DNA of 64,000 nucleotides from Calditrichia bacterium (GTDB lineage Bacteria; Calditrichota; Calditrichia; JAJRVZ01): NCBI GenBank assembly GCA_963796965.1, contig CAWCNS010000007.1, positions 640,001 to 704,000 of the forward strand, read 5' to 3'. Shown piece by piece: positions 54,009 to 63,957 of this stretch (position 1 is its first letter; each line of letters starts with the position of its first letter). The notes under the pieces were generated by a model. It saw only the letters and a program-made list of their open reading frames with translations, ran no database searches and was not told where the DNA came from. The position numbers and the translations under genes were made by a program.

Positions 54009-55077
54009 TCAATATTGGATATAGTTTCTTTCATCTTTTAATACACGATAAATAATTTGAGTTAATTTCCGTGCTACAGCCGTAATTGCTATCCGGGAAG
54101 CTACCTTTGGGTTATTTTTGTTTTTAATTCTATCGAAGAACTGTTTTAATTTTGTATCCTTTCTTATGGCAACCCATGCTGCCTCTACCATTAAGTAGCG
54201 AAGTGTTTTATCTCCCAGGTGGGTGATAGGTCCTCTGTTTATATCATCCCCGGTTGAATTCTCTTTTGGTGTAAGGCCGATAAAAGCGGCTAATTCTCTG
54301 GGATTTTGTAAACCCTTAGGATCACCAATTTTACCAAGAAGCATTGAAGCAATAGTAAATCCAATACCGGGAATCGACTGCAGGTAGTTTATATATAGAT
54401 TTATCTGATCATTTTCGCGACAGAATGATTTGAGTGTGCGATGAACAGATAGCAGTTTCTTACGTGAATACTCAAGATCTTCTATGAGCATATCCAGTCT
54501 CTGACGGACGGCAAACGAACAGTCAATGTTTTTGAGTTCTATTAATGTAATTAGCGGACCAACTTGCATCAGGATCTTTGAGAAGAGGATAAAGGTTATG
54601 ATATAACAGCAATGCTTTGATCCGTTGCCTGGCGGTCTTACGATCTCTGGTGTAGTTATTACATATCTTGACCAAGTCGCGTAATTCGCGATAATCGCCT
54701 TGAGGTACTCGAATCGGTTTTAGATTACCAGACATAAGATGATCTGCGATCTTGATTGAATCAATACGGTTGTTTTTTACTTTCTGATTTCGTGCAGTGG
54801 GAATAGAAGCGGGAGCCGTTATTAAACATGTGATATTCTGCTTTGAAAGATAGTCATAAAGATGAAATCCAGTTGGCCCGGCTTCATAAGCACATATAAC
54901 TTTTTTATGATCAAAATGATTATTTATATAATTATACAAATGTTCAGGATTAGATGGCATTTTTTTTGACTTTTTTGATTGTAACTTATCTTTAACAGTA
55001 AAAGAATAACTACTCTTGTCAACATCGAGACCGACAAAGGTCTCATAATCTTTGAGGTGATATGATAAATGTGTCAT
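54009..55077 (-). CDS. IS110 family recombinase/transposase, one frameshift near 54540
   Basis: FVGLDVDK, YEAGPTG, KNNRIDS (RuvC-like domain); SIPGIG, LAAFIGLTPKENSTG, AVARKL (Tnp20 domain); AGGAG RBS. Confidence 0.95.
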
Positions 55078-55184
55078 GGTAATTCTCCTGTTTAAAACTG
55101 TTGGAATGTAACAAAGTTACAGTACAACAGAAAAATGACTGACACTTAAACATACCATCTCTGTGGCTAAAGAAAAGTTTGTAT

Positions 55185-55458
55185 TTCACGCTAAGGCGCA
55201 ATGACGCGAAGTAAACCAAACACATTTTTTTCTTTTTTTTCTTTTTTCCTTTTTCTTTTTTCTTAAGAATCTTGGTGTGCTTAGTGTTTATCTTTTTTCT
55301 CACGCAAAGACGCCAAGACGCAAAGAAAAAATTACATTTTAAATTTCGGGAAGGCTAAATCACTTTCTATAACCACAAAACCTTGTCAACCATAGTTAAA
55401 AAAATAAAAATATTCTTTTCTTTGTGCACTTTGTGCATTCTTAGTGGACTTTGTGGTT
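55185..55458. repeat. Cluster of CGCAAAG- and CACAAAG-periodic arms with a poly-pyrimidine tract
   Basis: TTCACGCTAAGGCGCAATGACGCGAAG; CTCACGCAAAGACGCCAAGACGCAAAG; CTTTGTGCACTTTGTGCATTCTTAGTGGACTTTGTGGTT. Confidence 0.75.
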
Positions 55459-55468
55459 GTCTTTTCTT

Positions 55469-56539
55469 TCAATTATCATCCCAAATATTTATAAAATCTT
55501 CCCTGAAGTTTTTGTTTGGTTCAAAATATATCTGTTTTCTGAAATAATCAAATGTAACATTAAATTTCATCAACAATGGCAAGCCCAGGGTTCCGATTTC
55601 CACAACGTTTGAATTGACATTAGCGCTTTTCTCAGCCATTTCAAAAGGTACATGAGAGAGTGTATAATCGCCAACAATAACCTTTTCAAGTTTACCGGCA
55701 TAGGTATAGATAGCACCGGAAGCCCCATAACCATAGAGTTTTTTTTCGGTGTTTTCAGGGATCATCATATTTCGTGTTGGATTTTCTATTAAATACAAGG
55801 GTGCAACCGTCCCGAGATCCAGATCAACAGGCATTAATATCTCATCTTTTCCTTTAAATTTCAACCAAATATCTATACTATAACTTTCAAAATTGGCCTT
55901 TTTCATTGGAATTGGATTACCTTGGTCTGAAGAAGCAAAGGCGTCAGGTTTTGTTAATATCATTGTATTGCATTCGAAGTTGAATGTTACAATAAAATGC
56001 TTAAAGAGCATTGCACTTATCTGGCCATTTACACCAGGAAAATATTGATCATACCCAGCCTCTTTCATAGAAATTAAAGTGGGTTGGTCAAAGAATTTGA
56101 TACCCTTAAAATCGATATCAACGGTATTTCCCTCCTTGATAGCCGAGCCGCTGTCCTCACCTACCCCCGATACCTCAGAAACGTTATCATTTATATAGTG
56201 AAGACCTATTGAATCAACTTCACCGTTATAAAACCATACCGGATCCCATAAGGAGCCATTATCAATAAGTAATTTCACTTTTTTCCCATTTATTTTACCA
56301 TGGATAAGTAGATTCATACCATAGAATTCAAAGGGGATTTCTATCGTATCTTTATCATCTTCAATAGAATAAGTTCCCGGTGGCGTGCCTAGAATATTTA
56401 CGGAATCAGCATATTCTTTTTGCTTTATGGTATCATTTTTCATCTCTGTTTTGTCTTCGACTGCACAATTTCCGTAAATAACAGCCATCAACATTAAATA
56501 TCTCAGCGAAAGAGTAGATTTTTTCATTTTGGGATTCAT
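55469..56539 (-). CDS. Two-domain retropepsin-like aspartyl protease, probable lipoprotein
   Basis: IPFE, LLIDNGS, second domain DLDLGT, GTLGLPLLMKFNVTFDY, YFEPN. Confidence 0.75.
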   Translation of the reverse strand: MNPKMKKSTLSLRYLMLMAVIYGNCAVEDKTEMKNDTIKQKEYADSVNILGTPPGTYSIEDDKDTIEIPFEFYGMNLLIHGKINGKKVKLLIDNGSLWDPVWFYNGEVDSIGLHYINDNVSEVSGVGEDSGSAIKEGNTVDIDFKGIKFFDQPTLISMKEAGYDQYFPGVNGQISAMLFKHFIVTFNFECNTMILTKPDAFASSDQGNPIPMKKANFESYSIDIWLKFKGKDEILMPVDLDLGTVAPLYLIENPTRNMMIPENTEKKLYGYGASGAIYTYAGKLEKVIVGDYTLSHVPFEMAEKSANVNSNVVEIGTLGLPLLMKFNVTFDYFRKQIYFEPNKNFREDFINIWDDN

Positions 56540-56573
56540 GGATGATGATTGGATTGGTTATCGGTTCAATGGT

Positions 56574-56845
56574 TCACTTTTTCCTTTGGGACAACCGGAA
56601 TTCTGACAAAGGTATGATGGCTAATTCTGCACTATTCGGTTTTTTCCGCGGCCGCCATCGTTTGAATAAGCCACATAAAGTTTTCCTTCATGCTCAATGG
56701 CATAGGGATAACTAGAGCTGTACTTTTTACCGACTCACCCGGGCTAATTGGGCTGATATCATCTCGAATACGAAAGATATTGGAAAAAGTTATTTCTCCT
56801 GTTTTACTCAGAGAAATCGATAACGTTATTTCAGAATTACCTCAT
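56574..56845 (-). pseudogene. 3-prime remnant of a BNR/exo-alpha-sialidase-like gene
   Basis: Across frames: TLSISLSKTGEITFSNIFRIR..PGES / SYPYAIEHEGKLYVAYSNDGGRG / NSAELAIIPL; no 5-prime part. Confidence 0.6.
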
Positions 56846-56950
56846 TTGACTCTCCCAGGTAATATTCTTTATACATTTTAGTTCATAATTTTCTTTGCGC
56901 TCTGCGAACTCAGCGTTAAATAATTACCTAATTGTTACAACAAACCTATA

Positions 56951-57864
56951 TCACTTATTAGTTTTTGTACCTCCTAAGAAAAACCTTACCGTAATCTGAG
57001 GATACTTCTCAAACTCCACACGAAACGCATCTTTGTTCCTTCCGCCATGGGGTGTCTCTGGCCAGGCCGTCTCTGACGGTATAGCCATTTTTCTTTAATA
57101 TGTTGGACAAACAACTTGCTATCTCAAATCGTTCGTCCAACGTACCGCACATGACAAGAAAGGGAATCTCCATTAGCTCCCGGGGAGCCGGTTGACCGGC
57201 AACTTTTGCAACCCGAGATCAAATAAATTTTTTTGTGACGCTTTGAGGTCTTCTCCATTCTTAGGCGAAGCCAGATATGATTCCGGGTCTTTCACTTCTC
57301 CGATTGTATACATAAAAAATCTTCCGCACGGTGTTGTCCATGATCCTGCTGCCAGAGGAGCGCAGGCATGAACAAGATCTGGATTCCCCAGGGCAAATCG
57401 ATGGGCGAATTGGGCGCCTCTGGAGTAACCGGTAAGGAGAATTTTGGGTTTTAGTTTATAAACGTTTTTAACTTCTTCGATCATGCTTTTAAGAAAGGGA
57501 CCTTCACCAAGAACAGGGAATCGTTCCTTATTTGGTTCATCTTTCAAGAAGGAAGGTGAAATGATAATAACATTTAAGTCGATCTCATTAGCAACCCGCC
57601 TCAAATCACTTGCCAGCCAAAAGGTTTTGCCATTGCTGCCACCTCCATGTGCCGCCACCAAGGCCCAGTAAGTCTGATCGATGTCATAGTCTTTGGGAAG
57701 CCAGATGAAGTATTCCCGCTCAATACCTTCATAACCAAAAACATGGCGGATGGGCTCTTCTGATTGGGAAAGATTTTCTGTAATTGTCTGTGCTGAAGTG
57801 GTGTTGACTAAAAATCCTATACATCCGGCAGCAAGAATATGCATATATTTATGGTGTATTATCA
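56951..57864 (-). CDS. Secreted alpha/beta hydrolase (esterase/PHB-depolymerase-like), frameshifted near the C-terminus
   Basis: REYFIWLP, AAHGGG, TGYSRGAQFAHRF (nucleophile elbow); EIPFLVMCGTLD and WPETPH in other frames. Confidence 0.78.
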
Positions 57865-57886
57865 TGGATATTATTTTGTCATGTAT

Positions 57887-58082
57887 CTTTGAGTACCTTG
57901 TGGTTATCTTTTGGCTCACGCAGCGACGCTACGCTGTATAGAAATAAATTTAGGCTTTAGATCTCAGTAATCCAAAATCACAATATAAAACCCCAGATCT
58001 AAGTCAACTGAGATCATAAAATTATAAATAATCTTTTCTCTGTGTACTTTGTGCCTTCTTTGAGTACATTGTGGTTATCTTT
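57887..58082. repeat. 25-bp direct repeat of a CTTTGTG-type arm
   Basis: CTTTGAGTAC(C/A)TTGTGGTTATCTTT at 57887 and 58058. Confidence 0.75.
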
Positions 58083-58106
58083 ATTTATATATAGAAACAA
58101 ATGATT

Positions 58107-61100
58107 CTATCTGAGTAAAAGAAATTTCTTGGTTGCGGCAAATGAGCCTGCTTGCAAGCGATATATATATATGCCACTTGCCAGACCTGTTGCATTGAAA
58201 CGCACCGATTTGAATCCCGGTTCTTGTACATCATCAACCAGCGTTTTAACCTCCCGTCCAAGTACATCGAACACCTTAAGCATTACATGACCTCGTTTTG
58301 GTAGTTCATAATTGATCGTTGTGCTTGGATTGAATGGGTTTGGATAATTCTGATGGAGGACATAATCCTCAGGCAGACAGACGCATGGTTTCTTCTTCAA
58401 TGCCTGTAGCGTCTTGTACACTGAGAGGTACAAAGCCGATATTGTTATCTTCATGGATTTCTGTGATTGCATCGTCAGGATCAATCACCGCATAGACAGT
58501 TGCCGTCGCTACTCAGACCGGAAGGGACTACCCAGTCCATATATACCATCGTACGGTTTTGTGCAGGAATTGATCCGTCTGTACTCAGATCAGTAAGCCC
58601 TCCGATTCCCTCGATCGGAGTTCCCCCTTCCGCCGGATTCCCCAGATAAAAACGACAGAAACAGGACCTGCCGTATTCTTGAGACTAAAATTGTGAACAT
58701 TTCGCCGTGATTGTGAGCGGTGTCGCCGGCGGCCGGGGCAATGGGGGAGACATGAAGACTTTTACAGTAGAACTTTAAATCGCCGGTTCCGCCGATCCCT
58801 TTCAATGAATCCAACCGCCAGGGGAGAATAAATCCGGGATCAGAATGCGACAGATAGTTTTTATCCCAGAATGTTCCGAGATCAGGACTCCCCGTTGAGG
58901 AGGGATCGATGGCATAATCTATCACCATCGCACCGTTTTCTCCCCAATACATATAGGGCGTTACCAGGTAGTCAGTATCTCCAAACGTCTTGTCCGTGTC
59001 CGATACTTCCACTTCTATCAACACATCCTTTGTTGCTGTACTTGTATGTGTGCTAATTTCTTCCCTTGAATATCTTCCGGATACCTTTGCCTCCATTCCC
59101 CAACCACTGACAGATGCCCCGACCTCAGTACCAATGGTGTTCGTCAGCTGGTTTTCATCGATGGTCTGGTTAGCAAGGTCAAGAGTCCAACTTCCTGAGC
59201 TGGCGAGGGAAACATATTTGCCCGTAAAACTGGTTAGCAATTTGGCACCTGTCCATCCGGCGACGTCATCCTTACGCAAGGTACGAGAAGAGATTTCCGA
59301 CTTCGTGATTTGCCATCCAGTTGCGCGCTTTGACATTCCTGCTTGGGAACCATTCTGTTCCGCGGTAATGTGGAATCTGAACGAGAATGTTCGCCACGCG
59401 ATTTCCCATCGCGTATAAGGGATATTCCCAGAAATCATAGTCGGTGACCGTGGCCAGGATCCAGTTATCACCTGTAGACGTCGTCACCTGACTGGCAGTG
59501 ACAGTGGTGTTCTCCGAATGAGAACCATAATAACCTGCATCGTATGATGTCTTTACGTACGCCTTTACCTTGACACCAAAGAAGCTGGTCCCGCCACTGA
59601 CTTCTCCTGATACACCCCAACCCTGCTTCAGTTCAGAAGAGAAGTAGGAACTCTGACTCTGGGTCTCTGTGTAGGTTACCTTAAACTCGCTTGGTGTCGC
59701 ACCATGGACTTTACAAATATCATAGATCTGATCATTCAAATAATCAAAATGCGTTGGCGGTACGTTTAATTCAACGATTGGTTGGTACACGGAGTTCTTA
59801 GTTATAAGTGTGGGAGGACCAAGCCGTATGGCATCGCCATCAAAATCACCCACTGCGATCTCGCTCCTGCGTGATTTAATGGCCGAAGTATACACCGATT
59901 TCTGACTCAATCCGACAATATCATCACTTGCATTGATGTCCGGAGAAAGCACCCGGGTCACGGTGGTGGAATCCTGTTTATGTTCCGCCACAATGATTTC
60001 CTGAATCCAGGTAGAGCTTGCTTGTGTCAGCATCCATATCAGCGACGGCAAGAAAGCGCCTCCTCTCGTAAGTCTCCAGGGCACCGGTGTTCAGGAAGGG
60101 CGTCTTGGCATTCCCTCCACCGCAATAATACGGTACGAAAGAAGAATTGAATTTCAAGCACCGCCACTTCACCCGGACCGGCTACAATAAGTTCTTCACC
60201 ATCATTCTTTTGGGGATTGAGATCTGAAGCCACAGCGTCAGACTCCCATCCATCTCCCCACGTCCATCCAGCAGGTGACGAACCGGGAGGATCCCACCAA
60301 CCGAGAAAGGTTCCCGCAGTGGTAATGTAATTAAAGACTTGTCGTCCACTGTTTCCACTTGTCAACGTGAGGGAGACCACCACTTCATCGTATCCAAGAT
60401 TCCGGAAATCGCCGGTAGTAATCTTAAGTCTCTTCCAATTAGCCCATTCTCCACTCGTTGTATTAACGCTATTAGATCCATTCCAATTGAAAATTTTATT
60501 GACCGGGTCATACTTATACTTCACGACAGTCATGTAGGGTGCTGCTGGCCCAGTGTTATCATGGTAGACTTGGAAAAGCTCATCCCGGCCATCGCTGTTG
60601 AGATCGCCAGCGGCGATGTCATAAGGAGATCCGGAAGAGACTAATGCGGCCGTTCCCTGAATGAGGTTTAGGCCCTGATCATCCATATAGTAAGGAACTA
60701 TTCTAAGTGCAGAGCCGGTTGGCGCACATACAACTATTTCCTTCCGAAAAGTCGAATCCAGGTTCACGGCAAGCAACCGTATGGGGCCGGAAGATGTCCA
60801 TGAACTACTCAAGAGCAAGTGTTGACTCCACTCCCAATTGTATGTTGGTTTCAACCTTGTGGCACAGCTCATCTCCAGATGCAGATACCCATCTGTTGAG
60901 ACCCACCCGGTAAGGATCTCATCGATTCCATCTCCATTGAAGTCCCCGGCAATGCAATCCGACCACAATTCATCGTTAATACCGTATGATCCGGAGCCCG
61001 GTACGTAAGGCAAGTCTTTCGGCAATCTGTCCATCGGCGGTCAGATCGAATATTCTTTGCGACGGAACCTGATCTGATAAACCCCGAACACTATCCGTGA

Positions 61101-61269
61101 TAGAAACAATTTCTACTGAGTTCGCGAAAACGGGGTACCCTCCCGTTTTAGGATCGAGAAGAGGATCATGTTTGGTCATGTCCTGTGCAGTAGCATTTAA
61201 TGACAGCAAGCAAAGCAGCGTGACAACAAAAACCGAGAGTGTCTTTTTCATTTTGAATCCCCATTTCAT
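58107..61269 (-). CDS. About 1000-aa secreted protein: FG-GAP/VCBS repeats, Ser/Thr-rich beta region, CARDB-like domain and T9SS-A tail; many frameshifts (possible pseudogene)
   Basis: Signal peptide; AGDFNGDGIDEI, AGDLNSDGRDEL, TGDFRNLGYDEV, VGDFDGD; VIDPDDAITEIHEDNN; QNYPNPFNPSTTI...LASGIYIYRL. Confidence 0.75.
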
Positions 61270-61607
61270 ATGGACAATGATAATGAACTTTCATGAAGCG
61301 TATAAAATGAAAACAACAATGCATTTATCTCAATCATGCATTAGAAGTTCAAGTGCTTTCAACTTAATGAAAACAATCACAATGTAATCTTAAAAGAATC
61401 CACATGTCCTTGCTTTACTCCCATATATATGATTATTGTGATTTCAATATTAAATTAAGTGTCGGCTATTATTGATAGTGATAAGTAAAGAATCTACAAT
61501 CCAATATACACTTTGTTCTATAAAACACAAACCTTAATCTGACTTTCTAAATTATTTTTTTCATTCTTTATATTATTGCAGAGATTTGAGACGGACAACC
61601 AAACAAT

Positions 61608-63836
61608 TTAATAGATATAGGGGTGTTCTTTATGTAACAATGGCCGCACCTGAATGTCCTTAAAATTTACCCGACCATCTTTTACAAAGAAAACCAACTT
61701 ATCACTTTTATGATTATCAATATCTCTCAGGCGGTTGATAATCGTTCGTCGTCTGTCAATACAAACATCGACAATTCGATCTTTAATAATAATCTCCAAT
61801 TGGAAGGGTTCAGCAAGACCTTTCACATCGCTGATGTGAAAATTATATCCTTTCCAGGCAGGATCATTTGATTCTCTGGCCAACGATCCATTCTCTGGGT
61901 TACCGAATTGGACACGTTCTTTTTCAGGTTCAAACCTCAGTTCACGACCGCTGTTATAATCGTCCCCACCCCTTACACATAAACCAAAGACTTCTGTACC
62001 CTGTTCTGGTACCACATCCATTCTGATATAGACATCCTGTTCAACATTAGAAAGCATACCCATTTCCAGGTCGCTCTCTCCCTGAATTGTAATCAACCCC
62101 GCATTACCTGTTGCGCCTTTGGTTTGTGGGCTAAAGATAAGATCCAAAGGCGGGCCACTTTTCGGAATCACTTCATCGGGCCATTTCATGCCCAAATGAC
62201 CGCCAGGATATTGTACAAGTTCGCGCATCACAATATTACCACCCCAGCCGGGATAATCGACAAATCCACAAACGATCTTACGCCCATCTTTAAAATCCGC
62301 CACCTTGGGTACCATTAGTCCATCGTAAATAATCTCACTAATCGCTTCCCAAGGACCAAGAGGCATGCCTGATTTCCAGAGAGCATTCCGACCCAAAATA
62401 AAATAGTACCAGTCACCAAATTGAAAATGATCGGGACATTCATCTGAAGTGCCTTTCGGTTTTTTGACGAGTTCCTTTCCCTCATCCTTCCAGGTTTTCA
62501 TATCGGAAGATTTAAGTAACTGCGTACCATGGCGGATCAGATAGAATTTATCTGAGTCTTCATCAAAAAACACCTCCACGTCATGCCCTTCCAATAACCG
62601 CTTGAAGTCTTTTGTGAAATTTATTCCGTCTCGGCTGGTAGAGACAAATACAGCTGAACCGTGATGTGGTTTATCGATAAATTCCGTCCGGATGCCACAA
62701 TCGGTATAAAAAGCATAAAAAGTGCTGTCTTTGTGGTTATATATGACACAACAGGTACCCATTGAATTTTCCCATTGTTTGAGAATCGGTACAGCCAGGG
62801 GATGTTCTGTCCAATTAACAAGATCGGTACTACTTAAATGGGCAAACTGGTGCGCACCTTTATTCCATTTGCTGCCATGATGCCGGCGATCAAAAAGGTA
62901 AAACATGTGAAAAACCCCATCATGGTAATAAGGTAGACAATCTCCGGCAAAACCCTGCCCTCTTGGTTTCCAATACTGGATTTGAATATCTTTTGGACCC
63001 AATATCTCTTTATCTCGTATGCTGACAGCCTGCTGGCCACCACTTATCTGAATGATTTCCTCATGACTCAGGGCCCGGTCCCATAAGGCAACATGATCAA
63101 TAAAACCCTTAAAACCTGATTGTACCCTGCCATCCTGTAGTTGAGCAGCAATTAAAAAGGGGGCTTGGAACCGGTATAATTCCCCATGTGGCCATTCTTC
63201 ATCTACAAGCACGCCATCAACATAGAGTTCCAGGTTCGCATCCGCAAACCGAATTACAATATCATGCCAGCGACCATTGGCAAAGTTTTCAGTTTTGACA
63301 CCCAGCTCCAGGATCCCATCAAAAAAACGCTGCTGGTGTTTGCCAATCACCTGTCCATCCTCCATCCTGACCCTTTCCTGTACAGGTCCGGTCTGCCATA
63401 AGTAATTCAGTTTCTGATTTTCTCCATACAACACCTGAGAATACGTATTATCCTCATCATACCGACCAAACAGAGGTGAACGCCATGTCTCATTATCAAC
63501 TTTTATTCGCATTAATAATGTCATTGCTTTACCGGAAAGGTTGAAATTCTCTCCGATTTTAGATCCGGCGAGAAAATAGCCACCATCAACTCTCGCCACA
63601 AACCCATCGCCACCACGCTTTTTGGATTGGAGTAATTCATCACCCTGAAGTTTGATTCCGATCCGAATTTTGCCTTCAGGTGTAAGAGTACAGCCACCTC
63701 CGCCATGATCATGAAGATCTGCCATAATCCATAATGCTGCAGCATCCTTAAATACAATTTTAGTTGACGCAAGGATGTTCGATTGAGCAAGGAGCAAGAC
63801 AAAAAGCAAAACAATTATTTTCATTAAATTCTCCAC
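61608..63836 (-). CDS. LamG-like domain plus GH32-like five-bladed propeller glycoside hydrolase
   Basis: WHDIV..LYVDG..FKGFIDHVALWDRALS (LamG); GDCLPYYHDGVFHMFYL, STDLVNW, ECPD, WGG, REL; C-terminal beta-sandwich. Confidence 0.82.
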   Translation of the reverse strand: MENLMKIIVLLFVLLLAQSNILASTKIVFKDAAALWIMADLHDHGGGGCTLTPEGKIRIGIKLQGDELLQSKKRGGDGFVARVDGGYFLAGSKIGENFNLSGKAMTLLMRIKVDNETWRSPLFGRYDEDNTYSQVLYGENQKLNYLWQTGPVQERVRMEDGQVIGKHQQRFFDGILELGVKTENFANGRWHDIVIRFADANLELYVDGVLVDEEWPHGELYRFQAPFLIAAQLQDGRVQSGFKGFIDHVALWDRALSHEEIIQISGGQQAVSIRDKEILGPKDIQIQYWKPRGQGFAGDCLPYYHDGVFHMFYLFDRRHHGSKWNKGAHQFAHLSSTDLVNWTEHPLAVPILKQWENSMGTCCVIYNHKDSTFYAFYTDCGIRTEFIDKPHHGSAVFVSTSRDGINFTKDFKRLLEGHDVEVFFDEDSDKFYLIRHGTQLLKSSDMKTWKDEGKELVKKPKGTSDECPDHFQFGDWYYFILGRNALWKSGMPLGPWEAISEIIYDGLMVPKVADFKDGRKIVCGFVDYPGWGGNIVMRELVQYPGGHLGMKWPDEVIPKSGPPLDLIFSPQTKGATGNAGLITIQGESDLEMGMLSNVEQDVYIRMDVVPEQGTEVFGLCVRGGDDYNSGRELRFEPEKERVQFGNPENGSLARESNDPAWKGYNFHISDVKGLAEPFQLEIIIKDRIVDVCIDRRRTIINRLRDIDNHKSDKLVFFVKDGRVNFKDIQVRPLLHKEHPYIY

Positions 63837-63881
63837 ACGCCCCTAATAAAAGTATTATATAGTCATCAGTTAGATTCTTTT

Positions 63882-63957
63882 TAAACGCGGAGTTCGCAGA
63901 GTTCCGCAGAGATAATAAGAATCTTTACTCTGCGTTCTCTGCGCTCTTTGCGTTTAA
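63882..63957. repeat. Inverted pair of CGCAGAG-periodic arms
   Basis: TTAAACGCGGAGTTCGCAGAGTTCCGCAGAG / CTCTGCGTTCTCTGCGCTCTTTGCGTTTAA. Confidence 0.85.

Larger units (their letters stand above)
53763..55160 (-). mobile_element. IS110-family (IS1111-type) insertion sequence, 1398 bp including both CT cores
   Basis: Sub-terminal IRs at 53767-53790 (TATGTTAAGTGTCAAGTTATTTTT) and 55131-55154 (rc TATGTTTAAGTGTCAGTCATTTTT); CT at 53763-64 and 55159-60; excision restores TTTCTCTGTGTTCTCTGTGGCTAA. Confidence 0.88.

Noticed and set aside
54523..54569. Programmed ribosomal frameshift in the IS110 gene
   Set aside because: IS110 recombinases are normally single ORFs, no clear slippery heptamer is at the break, and the window has many similar indels.
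55043..55303. 86-aa Lys-rich ORF
   Set aside because: Translation of a poly-T tract, repeat arms and the IS end; spurious.
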